A DNA stretch of 63,120 nucleotides, counting the filler, from Reclinomonas americana ATCC 50394 (lineage: Eukaryota), in the NCBI GenBank assembly GCA_048213135.1. It is 6 parts of 4 records of this genome, joined end to end, with 100 filler letters (N's around TTAATTAATTAA, not from the genome) between each part and the next. Parts side by side here need not be neighbours in the genome. Positions count along the whole stretch, not along the records: positions 1 to 17,473 come from PS015126.1; positions 17,574 to 41,314 come from PS015127.1; 4 more parts are not named here. The stretch is one strand, 5' to 3'. Positions within the stretch are counted from its first letter, which is position 1; every line of letters begins with the position of its first letter. The notes beneath the pieces were generated by a model that was not told the origin of the DNA, ran no database searches, and was given only the letters and a program-made list of their open reading frames with translations. This document shows, piece after piece, positions 14,401 to 26,384 of this stretch. A program made the translations under genes and the position numbers.

Positions 14401-14569
14401 ACGGTGGCAACTGATCCTGCGTCGGCAAACCGCACACAGCACACAAACGAGGCTCGTCGGCGGCACCGGAGGCCACGACAGCTTCACCACATTGACACCA
14501 GACCAATGATTCCTCCGGCGGATAAGCAGCCGCAGAGGACTCGTGAGGCGCCGGCGGCGGCGCACTCAT
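2428..14569 (-). CDS. Very large multi-exon protein: N-terminal low-complexity and ubiquitin-like region, VLIG/URG4-type (GBP superfamily) GTPase, Cys/His-rich repeat region, C-terminal vWA domain
   Basis: Spliced G1 SSMGKQSTGKSYMLNH (~7340-7450), G2 ARCTDGVW, G3 DFEGLGS (~7150). Many CxHxCxxxC/CxxxxxH motifs at ~3440-5500. vWA MIDAS VVFVVDRSGSM (~3325-3353), GGTNF, VIVFLSDG. Continuity as one gene across 8-14 kb is inferred; not every exon was traced. Confidence 0.75.
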
Positions 14570-14920
14570 CTGACACACCACCAGTAAGTTGGGGGACGCG
14601 AGGGGATGTATGAGAATCGAGTATCGGTCGAGTTGCAGATGCAATCAAGCGCAGCGCGACACACTGCCTCTTCTGATGCACAGTGCACGCCAACAATAAC
14701 ACACGAGTGTAGTGCCACAGAGACGCACTCGGCGTCAACACAACAAGAGACACGCAACTGTGAGAGTTTTCCCGGCTCTGCACAAGAGGAAATGCAAGAC
14801 AATGGACAAACAATTGAATTGTCATACTGCTCGCTCGTGACTAACGGCTTGCCTTGTGATCAGTTTTCCGAGTAGGATGAACGCGCTGCACCTGCGTCAG
14901 TACGACGACGGGTCAGTCCC

Positions 14921-14961
<41 letters not shown>

Positions 14962-15114
14962 TACTACCTACTACCTCTCTCTCTCTCTCTCTCTCTCTNN
15001 NNNNNNNNNNNNNNNNNNNNNNNNNNNNNNNNNNNNNNNNNNNNNNNNNNNNNNNACGTAGGAGTGAACGACGCTCGCACCTCGCGTCACGTACGACGAC
15101 GGTCGACGTCCCTC

Positions 15115-15147
<33 letters not shown>

Positions 15148-15158
15148 TCTCACTCACT

Positions 15159-15193
<35 letters not shown>

Positions 15194-15224
15194 CAGCGCT
15201 GACGACTCTGCCTCTGCGAGTTAC

Positions 15225-17151
15225 ATGCCACGAGTGCCTTCGTCGTTTGACGGCGGCACAGAGAGCAGTCTCGACGACGACGATCTCATGCAACTGATGG
15301 AACGTGTGACACGCGCACATGACACACTCGTCGGCAAAGGACAGCTGCTGGAGGCGGTTCAGTTCTCGGAGAAGCTGTCGCAGTTGCACAGGGTGCGTTC
15401 CCTATCTCTCTGCCTCTCTCCCTCTTCTCTCTCTTGTGACTGTGTGTGTGAGCTCATATGTGTGTGTGGGGAGCAGACGGTGTATGGTGCGGAGAGTGCC
15501 GAGTTCATGATGGGAGTGATTGCGTTGGCGAATGAGTACAACAGCGTGGCGTCGGAGTGTGTCAGGCATGGTGAGTGCGTGGGAGAAGGGAAGGGAGGAG
15601 GGAGGGAAGGGGAGATGAAATCGGCATCCTCGTTCAACGTGATGGATCTCTTCTGATCTTTGTCTTGTTTGATCTCTCCTCTCTTGGGAAAGTTGACAGT
15701 GAGCGATCCTGGCAGTCTCAGGGGTGCACACGCTGATATTCCACTCGTTGATCTTTCCGAGCACTTGTGAAGCGATCCAGACTGAGGCAGAGGCTCGAGA
15801 GACTCTACACAGCTGATCTTTCTCCTGTTGGTCTCTTGGGAACTTGAGAGCAAACGCACCTGACAGTGTCAAGGGTCTACAAGTTGATGTATCGCTCGTT
15901 GATCTCTCCGGGCTCTTTGGAAGCGGTCAAGAAAATATCACAGACTTCAGCTGATCTTTCTCCTGTTGATGCTTGAGTGGCATCTTGGGAAACGATCCAG
16001 ACAGAGGCAGAGGCTTGGTCGCTGCGCTGATCTTCCTCTTGTTGATCTCTCCGAGCGCTTGTGAAGCGATCCAGGCAGTCCCGGGCTTGAATGTCTCTGC
16101 GTAGTTGATCTTCCTGCCATCTGTCTCTCCCGGCACTTGGGAACTCGAGAGTAAGCGATCAGACAGAGTTGTGATTTGATCTTCCACTCTGAAGCCATCC
16201 TGAATGTCTCTTCAGGTGCTCTTCCTGTCATCCATTATATCCTTGCACTCGGGACTCGAGAGTGAGCGATCCAGACAGAGGCAGAGGCTTGAGAGTCTCG
16301 GCAGCTGATTTCTCCACTCGCTGATCTTTCGTGTCATCTTGGGGAGCGGTCAAGACAGAGCTGAACGCTGAGAGCTTCGTTGCAGCTGATCTTTCTCTCC
16401 AGACGCTTGTGAGCAATGCAGACAGAGTCACGAATCTGCGAGTCTATGCGCAGTCAATCTTCCAATCGTTAGTCTCTCCGAACACTTGGAAACGCGAGAT
16501 CTCTCCAAAGAGGCGCCGTATCATAGAGTTTCCTCACCAATCTTCTTCATCTCTTTCTCTCCACTTGTCTTCCTCGTTCAGAGTCGCCCCTCCTTCTCTC
16601 TCATCCTCCCTGTCTTCCCCCTCCTTGCCCCTCACCTCTCCCTCCCTCCCCTTTCCCCCACAGGCGACTACGCCAACGCAGAACGCCTCCTCCGACAAGC
16701 AGAAATGGTCACCGAAGCCGACCGCTACCTCGACGCGGCCAACCCCGACCGCCTGCTCGCACGCCGCGAGACCCTCAATCACCTCTCCGCCGTCTTCCGC
16801 AAACAGGGCAATTTCAAAAAGAGCCTGCAGTTTGCCGAGCGCGCTCTGAAAGTCGAGTCGCACCTGGTGACTGTCGAGTCGGACCCGTCGGCCACCTTCC
16901 TCAACTTGTGTGCAGCGCTATCGCGACTGAAGAGGTAAGCTGGGTGGAAGGAAGAGTGGCGATGCATGGGAGCTCATCTTTTACTCGCAGGCACAAGGAG
17001 GCACTGGGGTTTGCGGATCTGGCGGTGGCGGATTTGGAGGAAAAATCGTCACGAGTTTCGTCGTACATTCTCTTTCTCGCTCCTCCCTGTCCTCGGCTCA
17101 CTCTCCTCCCACCAGTCGAGCATGCTGGCGATTGCGTACCACAACCGAGCG
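15225..17151 (+). CDS. Tetratricopeptide-repeat protein (3' partial)
   Basis: TPR-like helices GDYANAERLLRQA, TLNHLSAVFRKQGNFKKSLQFAERAL, TFLNLCAALSRLKRHKEALGFA, LAIAYHNRA across GT-AG introns; runs into a scaffold end. Start uncertain. Confidence 0.75.
15650..16430. repeat. Degenerate mosaic repeat array inside the 1.1-kb TPR gene intron
   Basis: Recurrent GATCCAGAC(A/T)GAGGCAGAGGCT (~15774, 15994, 16268), CAGCTGATCTTTCTC and GATCT(C/T)TCCG blocks. Confidence 0.75.
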
Positions 17152-17473
17152 GTGAGTTGACTTGGATGACAGTAGAGTACGAATCAAGGAGCTTGTTCTT
17201 GCTGTGATCGAGCTTCCGTTTTATCGTGTCACGATTATTGTGGACGAAATCCTGCATGATCTCACTCTTGCTTTCGTGCACCCTCCTTTCTTTCTGTCTC
17301 TTTTTTTCTCTTCCTTCAATGCCACTTACTCTCGCTCTCTCCTCCTCACCCTCTCCTCCTCACCCTCTCTTTTCTCTTCTTTTTTCTCTCTTGCCCTCGC
17401 TCTCCTTTCCCCACACGCTCTCTCTCCCTCTCTTTCCCCATCTCTTTCCCCCTCTCGCTCTCCCCTCTCGCTC

Positions 17474-17573
17474 NNNNNNNNNNNNNNNNNNNNNNNNNNN
17501 NNNNNNNNNNNNNNNNNTTAATTAATTAANNNNNNNNNNNNNNNNNNNNNNNNNNNNNNNNNNNNNNNNNNNN
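17474..17573. other. Artificial scaffold linker 44N-TTAATTAATTAA-44N
   Basis: Six-frame-stop 12-mer centred in exactly 100 bp; identical structure five times in the window. Confidence 0.97.
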
Positions 17574-18192
17574 ATCTCCAAGACGAGTTTCGTCGGTGCT
17601 TTTTCGCTCTGCGCTCATCGTCTCGCCTCACTCACTCCCGTCGGCGACAGGCTACGCCTTCTACTGGCTCTTCGACAACATTAGCATCCTGGCCGAGTTC
17701 TTCTCTCGGGAGCCAGTGCATGCTGCTCGCTTGTCTCGGGCGGCTGCGCTGGCCTGGCTGTGTGGCTTGCTGTCGCAGTTGGTGTTGGATGTGCGCGACT
17801 TGTACTATCTGGATCATCCGGAGCAGAGTCCATCGGCGGCGCGCTCACGTCTGCTTCACGCCCGCCACTCGGAACTGTGGTTGAGTGTGATCAAGACACT
17901 CGGCGACACGACAGCCGCCGTCAACGCTGTCGGTCTGCCGGAGCTCATTGGCAGTGAGCCACTCTCCGACGGTCTGGTGGGCACGGCGGGCCTGGTGTCG
18001 GCCGTGCTCACCGTGCATCGACTGTGGCGCGCACACATGGAGAAGCGACGACGACGGGCGCTCTTTGACAACGACGACGACGAGGAGGAGGACGTGGACG
18101 ACGCAGCGCCGTTCACTACTGCTTCCACAACTACCGCCGCGAGTGTAGATCATGATCCACCGACATCACCGCTGCCGCCAGCCGCTCCATGA
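17574..18192 (+). CDS. PEX11: Peroxisomal biogenesis factor 11 family protein (5' partial)
   Basis: GYAFYWLFDNI, AWLCGLL, LSVIKTLGD..A and LSDGLVGTAGLVSAVL match the PEX11 C-terminal pattern. Confidence 0.8.
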
Positions 18193-19950
18193 TGATCACT
18201 GCCCGGCGCTCCGAAATGGAAGCGTGCCGGCGCGGCCACCGGCGCCCACCCGCTGCTGAGAACAGTGTTGGGGTTGACACCTGCGTGCAACACGGCCGCG
18301 GGTGGATGCGACGGAGGCGGAGGCAAGTCCTCGAACAGGTCCTCGTCTTGCTGCGCCGGCCGCCGTGCACGAGAACGCAATGAGACGAGGAGTCACACGC
18401 AATGTGATCGCAAACGTGTGGCTCTCGCACGCAACTTCCTTGTAAAAGAACGTGTCCAGCAAGTACGACGAAAACTGACGAAGGGCATCAATGGGAAGAT
18501 CCTGCAGGCGCTCCAGCGCATCCTGGCCACCCAACTCGGCCACCACTTGCGCGTGCTGCGTGGAGAATGCAGTCAACAACAACACCACCACCAACATGGA
18601 CTGGTGGTAGCGCACCGAATCATCGAGCTGCATGTAGAACTGCAGGAAGCGCATTGCCATTTCCTGCACGCTCGGGCGCGGAGCTGTCACCAATTCCACA
18701 TATCGTCGCACCACTTCGTGGGAGATGATGTCCGCCGCGTGCCGACCGTCGCTCACGATGTTGGCCACGACGTAGGCCGCCTGTGGAGAGGTGCATAAGT
18801 GGGGAAGGCGAGTGACTCTGCACATGGAGCAGCTGGAGGCCACACACACCTCCATTTTGATTTCGAGTTCCGGCGCACTCAGATGCTCGAGAATAATGTC
18901 GAGAACGCCTCCGCCGAGGACGGCATCCACGTGGTGTGGCTCACTGGCTGCCACGTTACTGATCACCCACAGCGCCTCCCTCACCACCGTTCTGATACGC
19001 AGATTCGCGCGTGCGTGTCAGCCAAGCGGCAGCATGCGCGGGAAAAGAAGCTGGAAACTTCCGCACACACACCTCGTGCCTTGCACCTCGCGACTCAGCG
19101 ACAAGGCGTGCATCAGTGCCGGGAAGAGTTCAGCAGCGTGCAACAGCAGCGCTTCCACCAACTCCGACGGCCCATTGGCAATGTTGCCGAGCGATCGTAA
19201 TGCTCCCATCACCGCTTCGCGGTCGTCGGCACCAATGTTGCGAATCTGCCGCACACGTGCGAGTGAGCCGGCGACCCTGTGGGGAGGAAAGAGGACCATT
19301 GCGACGACGTAACCAGCGGTTGCACACACTCGCACTCCACCACGGCCGCCTTGTACATGGGACATGCCGCGAGGTACGCCACCAGCCAGCACACTTCACG
19401 AATCACCTCCAGATTCTGCCAGTTGGCGAAGTGAGACGGTGTTGCTCGTTGTGGTGGCGAACGGAACGCAACATCTTTCCACAACAGTCGCGGCAGCTTC
19501 GGCAGCAGCCCAGCATCGACCGCCTGTCGTGCCACCTCGTCGCGGTTCTCGCCATGCATCAGCATCGTCAGCGCCCACGCCCCCACGGCTTGCGTCGATT
19601 GTACCTGCGTCGCGAGGTTGGTGAATCGGAAGCAGCACTTCAACTCGTACGTGTGGCGCACGCAACTGGTGAGCTCAGCACGTGCACCAGACCAGGCACC
19701 ACACCCTGCGCAATCAGCGCCTTGCGCATCTCGTCCTCACCACCGGCCAAGTTGCCGACCACGAATGCACACTGCTCTTGCATATCCTGCTCCACACCAC
19801 ACAATCATCTCAGCGACGACAGCAATCGTGCACAGACAACTGCACAACTGCACAACACGCAACACTGCTGCCGCCACTCAGGAACTGAATCACGTGCGGC
19901 GCAAGCTCCATCACCGCCACGGCATGCTCGTGCGATCCACTGGCCACATC
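18150..19950 (-). CDS. KPNA: Importin alpha, ARM-repeat and C-terminal part
   Basis: EQCAFVVGNLAG, EVIREVCWLVAYL, ALRSLGNIANG, VREALWVISNVAA, EAAYVVANI; acidic tail ending ..RFHFG..; TGA at 18150-18152. Confidence 0.88.
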
Positions 19951-21149
19951 TGCACACAACAGTGAGCTCACCACCACCATCACCAATCGCAAGTGANNNN
20001 NNNNNNNNNNNNNNNNNNNNNNNNNNNNNNNNNNNNNNNNNNNNNNNNNNNNNNNNNNNNNNNNNNNNNNNNNNNNNNNNNNNNNNNNNNNNNNNNNNNN
20101 NNNNNNNNNNNNNNNNNNNNNNNNNNNNNNNNNNNNNNNNNNNNNNNNNNNNNNNNNNNNNNNNNNNNNNNNNNNNNNNNNNNNNNNNNNNNNNNNNNNN
20201 NNNNNNNNNNNNNNNNNNNNNNNNNNNNNNNNNNNNNNNNNNNNNNNNNNNNNNNNNNNNNNNNNNNNNNNNNNNNNNNNNNNNNNNNNNNNNNNNNNNN
20301 NNNNNNNNNNNNNNNNNNNNNNNNNNNNNNNNNNNNNNNNNNNNNNNNNNNNNNNNNNNNNNNNNNNNNNNNNNNNNNNNNNNNNNNNNNNNNNNNNNNN
20401 NNNNNNNNNNNNNNNNNNNNNNNNNNNNNNNNNNNNNNNNNNNNNNNNNNNNNNNNNNNNNNNNNNNNNNNNNNNNNNNNNNNNNNNNNNNNNNNNNNNN
20501 NNNNNNNNNNNNNNNNNNNNNNNNNNNNNNNNNNNNNNNNNNNNNNNNNNNNNNNNNNNNNNNNNNNNNNNNNNNNNNNNNNNNNNNNNNNNNNNNNNNN
20601 NNNNNNNNNNNNNNNNNNNNNNNNNNNNNNNNNNNNNNNNNNNNNNNNNNNNNNNNNNNNNNNNNNNNNNNNNNNNNNNNNNNNNNNNNNNNNNNNNNNN
20701 NNNNNNNNNNNNNNNNNNNNNNNNNNNNNNNNNNNNNNNNNNNNNNNNNNNNNNNNNNNNNNNNNNNNNNNNNNNNNNNNNNNNNNNNNNNNNNNNNNNN
20801 NNNNNNNNNNNNNNNNNNNNNNNNNNNNNNNNNNNNNNNNNNNNNNNNNNNNNNNNNNNNNNNNNNNNNNNNNNNNNNNNNNNNNNNNNNNNNNNNNNNN
20901 NNNNNNNNNNNNNNNNNNNNNNNNNNNNNNNNNNNNNNNNNNNNNNNNNNNNNNNNNNNNNNNNACGATCGCCCACGGACAACAGTCGCGATCGGCAGCG
21001 ATTCTCGGTGCCCATGCCATCAGGGAGAAGTTAGAGAGTGAGAAGGAAAGAAGAAGAAGAGAGCTATGCAGAAACACAAGAAGAAAGGCGCGACAACTTC
21101 CGTCAGTGTCGTCCCCACTAAGCAGGACCTTTTTCATCAAGCACACATC

Positions 21150-21678
21150 ATGGAGGGCAGTGACGCACCGCAGCCCCCTTCTCGACTGAAAGACTACAAA
21201 AAGGGCATTGATGTGGATGCCAAGCGTGCGGAGCGACGCGGTCACGCCGAGTCTGTGCGCGCCTCACAGAAGCGCACACTGCTGCGCGAGAAGCGACGCA
21301 GAAAAGGCGACGATGTGCGCGAGGAAGGTCCGCACACACACTCACACACTCTGGAAAAGAGAGAGAGAGAGAGAGCTTACACCCTTCCTCTCGTGATAGA
21401 TTTCGATCCGGAAGAGTACACAAGCATGGCCTCGGTGCAGCCAATCTATCAGGAGTGTGCGTATGGAAAGGGACAGGCGAGGGCAGTGGCTCTCCGACGA
21501 CTGCGCCAGATTCTGGGCAGTGAGGAGCCACCCACAGATGGACTGCTCAAGGCCGGTCTCATTCCACTGCTGGAGGTTGGCCTCTCCTGCTCTGTGACAG
21601 TCGAGTCTGTGCGCTCACTGCGTCGTTGTAGGAGCTGTTGACGGGCGTGGTCCCTGAGTTTGCGTATGAGGCGGCGTG
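21150..21678 (+). CDS. KPNA: Importin alpha, N-terminal IBB part (contig apparently inverted relative to rest of gene)
   Basis: RLKDYKKGIDVDAKRAERR..VR..KR..LL.EKRR IBB motif, LRRLRQILGSEEPP, FAYEAAW. Confidence 0.88.
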
Positions 21679-21771
21679 GTGCCTGTCGAGTTGAGTGGAT
21701 GTCNNNNNNNNNNNNNNNNNNNNGACTCTCCGAAAGTGGGCCGCGACCGCTTGCTGCATTCTTTCCTATCC

Positions 21772-24700
21772 TCACACGACGTCGACAGTCCCGGCCGCGG
21801 ACGACGGGGGGCAAGACACTGTCGCCGACGCAGGCACCGGTGGGCACGTGGCAAACCACTTGTGCTTCAAAGCATCGGCGGCACTGATGCGGTCGTCGGG
21901 ATTCAGCTTCGTCATGCGCTTCATGAGGTCGATGGCCAGGTTCCACTTGCGCCACAGAGCCGATCCCTCCTCGGCGCGTACGTCGCGCTCCTCACAAGTG
22001 GCCTCCTCGAGCAGCTCCCGCACGTCCATCGGGTGCAACGAGTCCGTGTACCACGGAAAGTTTCTGCCCATCAGCATCATGGCCAAGGTCACCACCAAGC
22101 TCCACATGTCGACTTCCACGCCCCACGCATCGCTCTCGCCGTCCCACCCGCACATCTCCGGCGCCTACCGTCCATTTGGTGTTACACATACAGTTAGAAA
22201 CAGCAGCTTGCAGACAGAGGCGTGGTCGTTGTACGCACAAAGAAGCCGCGGGTACCACGCTCGTCGCCGTACTGGCGAGCGCCGCCGTTGCGCAGCATCA
22301 CGCACAAGTCGTAGTCGATCAGAACCGCGCGCTGTCGGCAACGGTCGAAAAGGATGTGCACCGGCTTGATGTCGCAGTGCACAATGTGGCGGGCGTGCAT
22401 ACTGCGGAGTACCAGGAGCGTGTCGCGCACCGCCACAGCTACCTCGTCAATGTTGAGAAACGTGTCGTCGGGGGCTCGCTTGAACACCAGGATGCCACGC
22501 CACGGTTCCTCTCTCAGCAGCTGTGGCAAGCAGTCGCGGATGGCAACATCGTCGAACAGCATCCTCAGCACTCGCGCCTCCAGGTGCGTTTGCTGTGGGC
22601 TAGTTGTCTTGGTGAGGATGCTGAAGATTCCGCGGCCGCCACCAGTTCTCGACGGCGCGGTGTGAGGAGTGATCCCACCCGGGTTGACGGTACGAATCAA
22701 ATCGAAGAAACTGGGTTGGTGTACGCCGTCGTGGGAGTGAAGCAGCGCGGCAGTTCGGCGCGCCGTCTTCGCGATGGCCAAGAGCACTGCGTGCAGAGAT
22801 ACCATTGTGCCCACTGCACGGCGCGTGGATGAGACACTCGCGAAACTAGATCCGGAACACCGAAACGCACCTCGAAAGCCAAGAAACTCGCTGCACAGCA
22901 GCATCTCTGAAGCCGTCGTATCGCGGCGGGCAAACTGCCAAACGCCGAGCGCAGAGTAGCCGACAACACCGGCGATAGGGTCGACAAAATGGCACTCGAA
23001 AATGGCCACCGTGGAGTGCCCGGTGAGTGCACCGAACACAGTGAGCTCACTTTCGCGTCCTTGCTCCACGCGTGCCGCCAGGTGCAGTAGCGAAAGCCAC
23101 ATCGACTCGAACACCTTCTTCGCGTCGGGATGGCGCAGCAAGCCAAGCGAGGTCCGCGCCCTCCGCTCAACAGCGCCAGTGCCACAGAGTGCGTTGATGT
23201 CGCCCGGCTCGATCCGTTCGGCATTGCCAGCCCGCACTTGTGCACAGACACGAACGAGGGCATCGGAAGCCTCACCAACAGGTCGCAGGGCAGCTGCTGG
23301 TATCACCCTGTGACCAGAAAGACATGAGTGCCATCTTATGAGCTCATTTCAGCAACGCAGCGCACTCACGTATTCCAGAACGCGAGGCCCGACTTGTTTT
23401 CCGTCAGAAAGACTGGGAGCGTGAAATCGACTTCACGGACGGCGGAATACTTGCGCACGACGAGGCCCAAGTCCATGCACATGCAGCGCATAGCGGCCGC
23501 GTTCACATTACCGACGGTCGCGAGGTCACGCGACTGATCGTCCTCATAGCTGTCTGACGACGATGTCTCCGACCCATGTGTTGCTGACTCCGACGCTGCT
23601 GCAGCACAGAAACGTCCCAATGACTGAGTCACGGGCAAGCGTGCGAGAGGCAAAGCATGCAATGCAAACCGCGGTCGTCCACCCGAGGCACCATCGCGCC
23701 GTGCGTGAAGTCCACGAAATACATGGGATATTCAGCTACCGCGACTCGCTTGCTGCACAGCATTGCTCCAAACATGCCGTTCCACACTCTGCCCTCGACA
23801 TATACTTCGCTGCCAGTGAAGACTGCGTGGAAAACAGCGGAAAGGTTAACTGCCGCACGTTGTGTGTGTGAGTGCAGCTGACAGCACGCACGATTGTCGA
23901 GTTGCGAGTGGAGACAGAGCACGCGTTTGGTCGGTAGCGGGTCACCGCTTCCACTGGCGGCGTCATTCTCGCCAGCAACTTCGGCGCTGTCCATGAGAGC
24001 GCGCACTTGACTGATAGCCCTGATGCACGACGAAGGTAAGAAGCACACGAGGATAACAATCGCGACGACAGCATTGCACCAATTGAAGTCGACGTCCACA
24101 TCAGCTGTGTCACCAGTCGGCACAGGTCGCCCATGCAGCAGTGCCTCGTCCTCCACCACCGACTCCAGAGTGGAATAGCTCATCCCCAGCATCGAACCAG
24201 ACAACAACTGGTGGAGCGAATCGAGAATGTCGTTCTCGACCGACTGCAAGCAGTCGGCACTGACAATGGCGTGCGATTCTTTGCCGAATTTCAGCAGCTT
24301 GCTCATTCCGTTGTTGGCAAGACGCACAAGCCCTGCCACAAGCAAACACACTCAGTGGACGCGAGAGCAGAATAATTGCACGCTGTCACTCGTACCTTGC
24401 ATGAGATCGCGACGGCATTGCACGTCGAGAACACTCCTTCCCTTGCTGACGAGGTCGGCAGCCACGCCCAAGAGGAGACGCAGTCCCCACTTCAGGCTCT
24501 GAGGTTCAAGGACGGCGTCAAAGGTGGTCGCAAGCGGCGGCTCTGCAAGGAGCGCAGGTGAGACGCTCATTGCAAAGATGCACAAACTCTGGCGGTCATC
24601 CGCCTGTGAAGGTGCACGCAACTCGCACTGTCGTCGGCGGAAGCAGTGGTGAGTTGGTTGCAATCACCGCGCCGTGGGGAATGCCCACCAGTTTCCACTG

Positions 24701-25301
24701 CCAGGCCACCAGCGGCGGTGGCGGCCTCTTTCTCGCGACGGAGCTTGGCATTTTCCGCAGCGAGCGAGGCCCTGTCAATCGCACTGCTGAACAATCTCCG
24801 CTTGCGCTCTTCCAAAGCGGAGAAGCTTACGTAAGCTGCAAGCAAAGAAGCTGGTATTCAGAAGGGCACGGGCGACCTTACCTGGTCGTAAGGAGTTCCA
24901 CTCCTCCGCAGGATAGTCATCTTTCACAAATTTGAAAGCAGCCTCCACCAAGTGTTCTTCAGCAGCCGGCAAATCCGACGGCCCACAGCCATCGAATTCG
25001 AAGACATAGTCTCCGTGTGCACCTGAGCACACACGCACACGCGTGAGGTGGACTCATTCAACGCAGTCCCGGTGCCTCTCTCTCTCTCTGCAAAGCGTGT
25101 GAGAGAGTGAGATCTTTGACAAACCCACTGCAGAGCCTCCGACATCAGTGCCATCTGGGGGCGCAGCGCATGCATGAGTGGAAGACAACAACAACCAACA
25201 CGCAAACAAAAACACAAACACAAACCCATCGCTCGTCAAAGTCACTTTAGGCCACTTAACAGAAGGCAAGCCAGCAGCAGGACGCCGACGTTCTCTTTTC
25301 T
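21772..25301 (-). CDS. Multi-exon protein with long unassigned N-terminus and C-terminal atypical Ser/Thr kinase domain (5' partial)
   Basis: HIVHCDIKPVHIL, LIDYDL, GTRGFF|APE, VDMWSL, LNPDDRISAADALKHKWF; upstream exons join in frame via intron 24622-24544. Confidence 0.72.
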
Positions 25302-25477
25302 NNNNNNNNNNNNNNNNNNNNNNNNNNNNNNNNNNNNNNNNNNNNNNNNNNNNNNNNNNNNNNNNNNNNNNNNNNNNNNNNNNNNNNNNNNNNNNNNNNN
25401 NNNNNNNNNNNNNNNNNNNNNNNNNNNNNNNNNNNNNNNNNNNNNNNNNNNNNNNNNNNNNNNNNNNNNNNNNNNNN

Positions 25478-25665
<188 letters not shown>

Positions 25666-25713
25666 TTCAGCACTGCGATTCACGACAGAATAGACGTGGG
25701 GAGAACACGGAAC

Positions 25714-26384
25714 TGCGTGAGGTCGTGGAACGAGCGGTCGGCAATCGAGTTGAGGTACATCAGGTAGTCAAAGTTGGAGAGCTTGCCGCTGCGCCACTTC
25801 TCAAAGTAGCTCATCTCTGGGCTCTCCAGATTGCTCAACTCTGCAATCGCAACAATGCTTCAGCACACACACGAAGTGGAATGAATATTTCCACCGATGA
25901 GCAGTCACCGTTCTGATCCAAAATCGTGTTGTACATCCTGTCGCGCTCACGTTCGGAGCGGAACGCCAACAACACCGACTTTTTGCCAACGGTGCGCGCC
26001 AGTGTGGGGGCGAAAAAGAGCTCCAGGCCGCGATGCGTCAGCATGTACCGCCGCTTCACGACTTGCGTGATGCGGTTCAGGGGGAACTTGAGCACCGGAT
26101 CCGACGTCACTGCGTTAGGCAAGCCAGGTGTGAGCAGCATGCAAGCGGAATCTCTAAAGAGCGTGCAGACACACACGCACCATTGTTGAATGTCTGAAAG
26201 TAGAGGCCATAGTCCGTGCACGCCAGACGACCCGGATTCTCCATCAGAGGCGAGACGAGCACAGCTGTATATTGACGCTGGTGAGGGAAAGAGAGAGGGT
26301 GCACGCTGATGAGAGATCAGCAAACGCACCGCGCTCCTCCAGCACCAGGTTCTCCATGAGGTGCTCGAGACGAGTCAGATCGAA
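25714..26384 (-). CDS. NSMAF: FAN/NSMAF-like protein, PH/GRAM region and start of BEACH domain (inverted contig)
   Basis: VSPLMENPGRLACTDYGLYFQTFN, VKRRYMLTHRGLELF, KWRSGKLSNFDYLMYLNSIADRSFHDLTQ. Confidence 0.8.

Noticed and set aside
2428-14569. Stop-codon reassignment or pseudogene decay explaining the fragmented ORFs
   Set aside because: Where traced, short GT-AG introns remove the stops and restore motifs; other genes end normally in TAA, TAG and TGA.
14872-15196. Apparent tandem duplication either side of the 14999-15055 gap
   Set aside because: The left copy is the right copy with scattered single-base dropouts, typical of a degraded read end overlapping the next contig.
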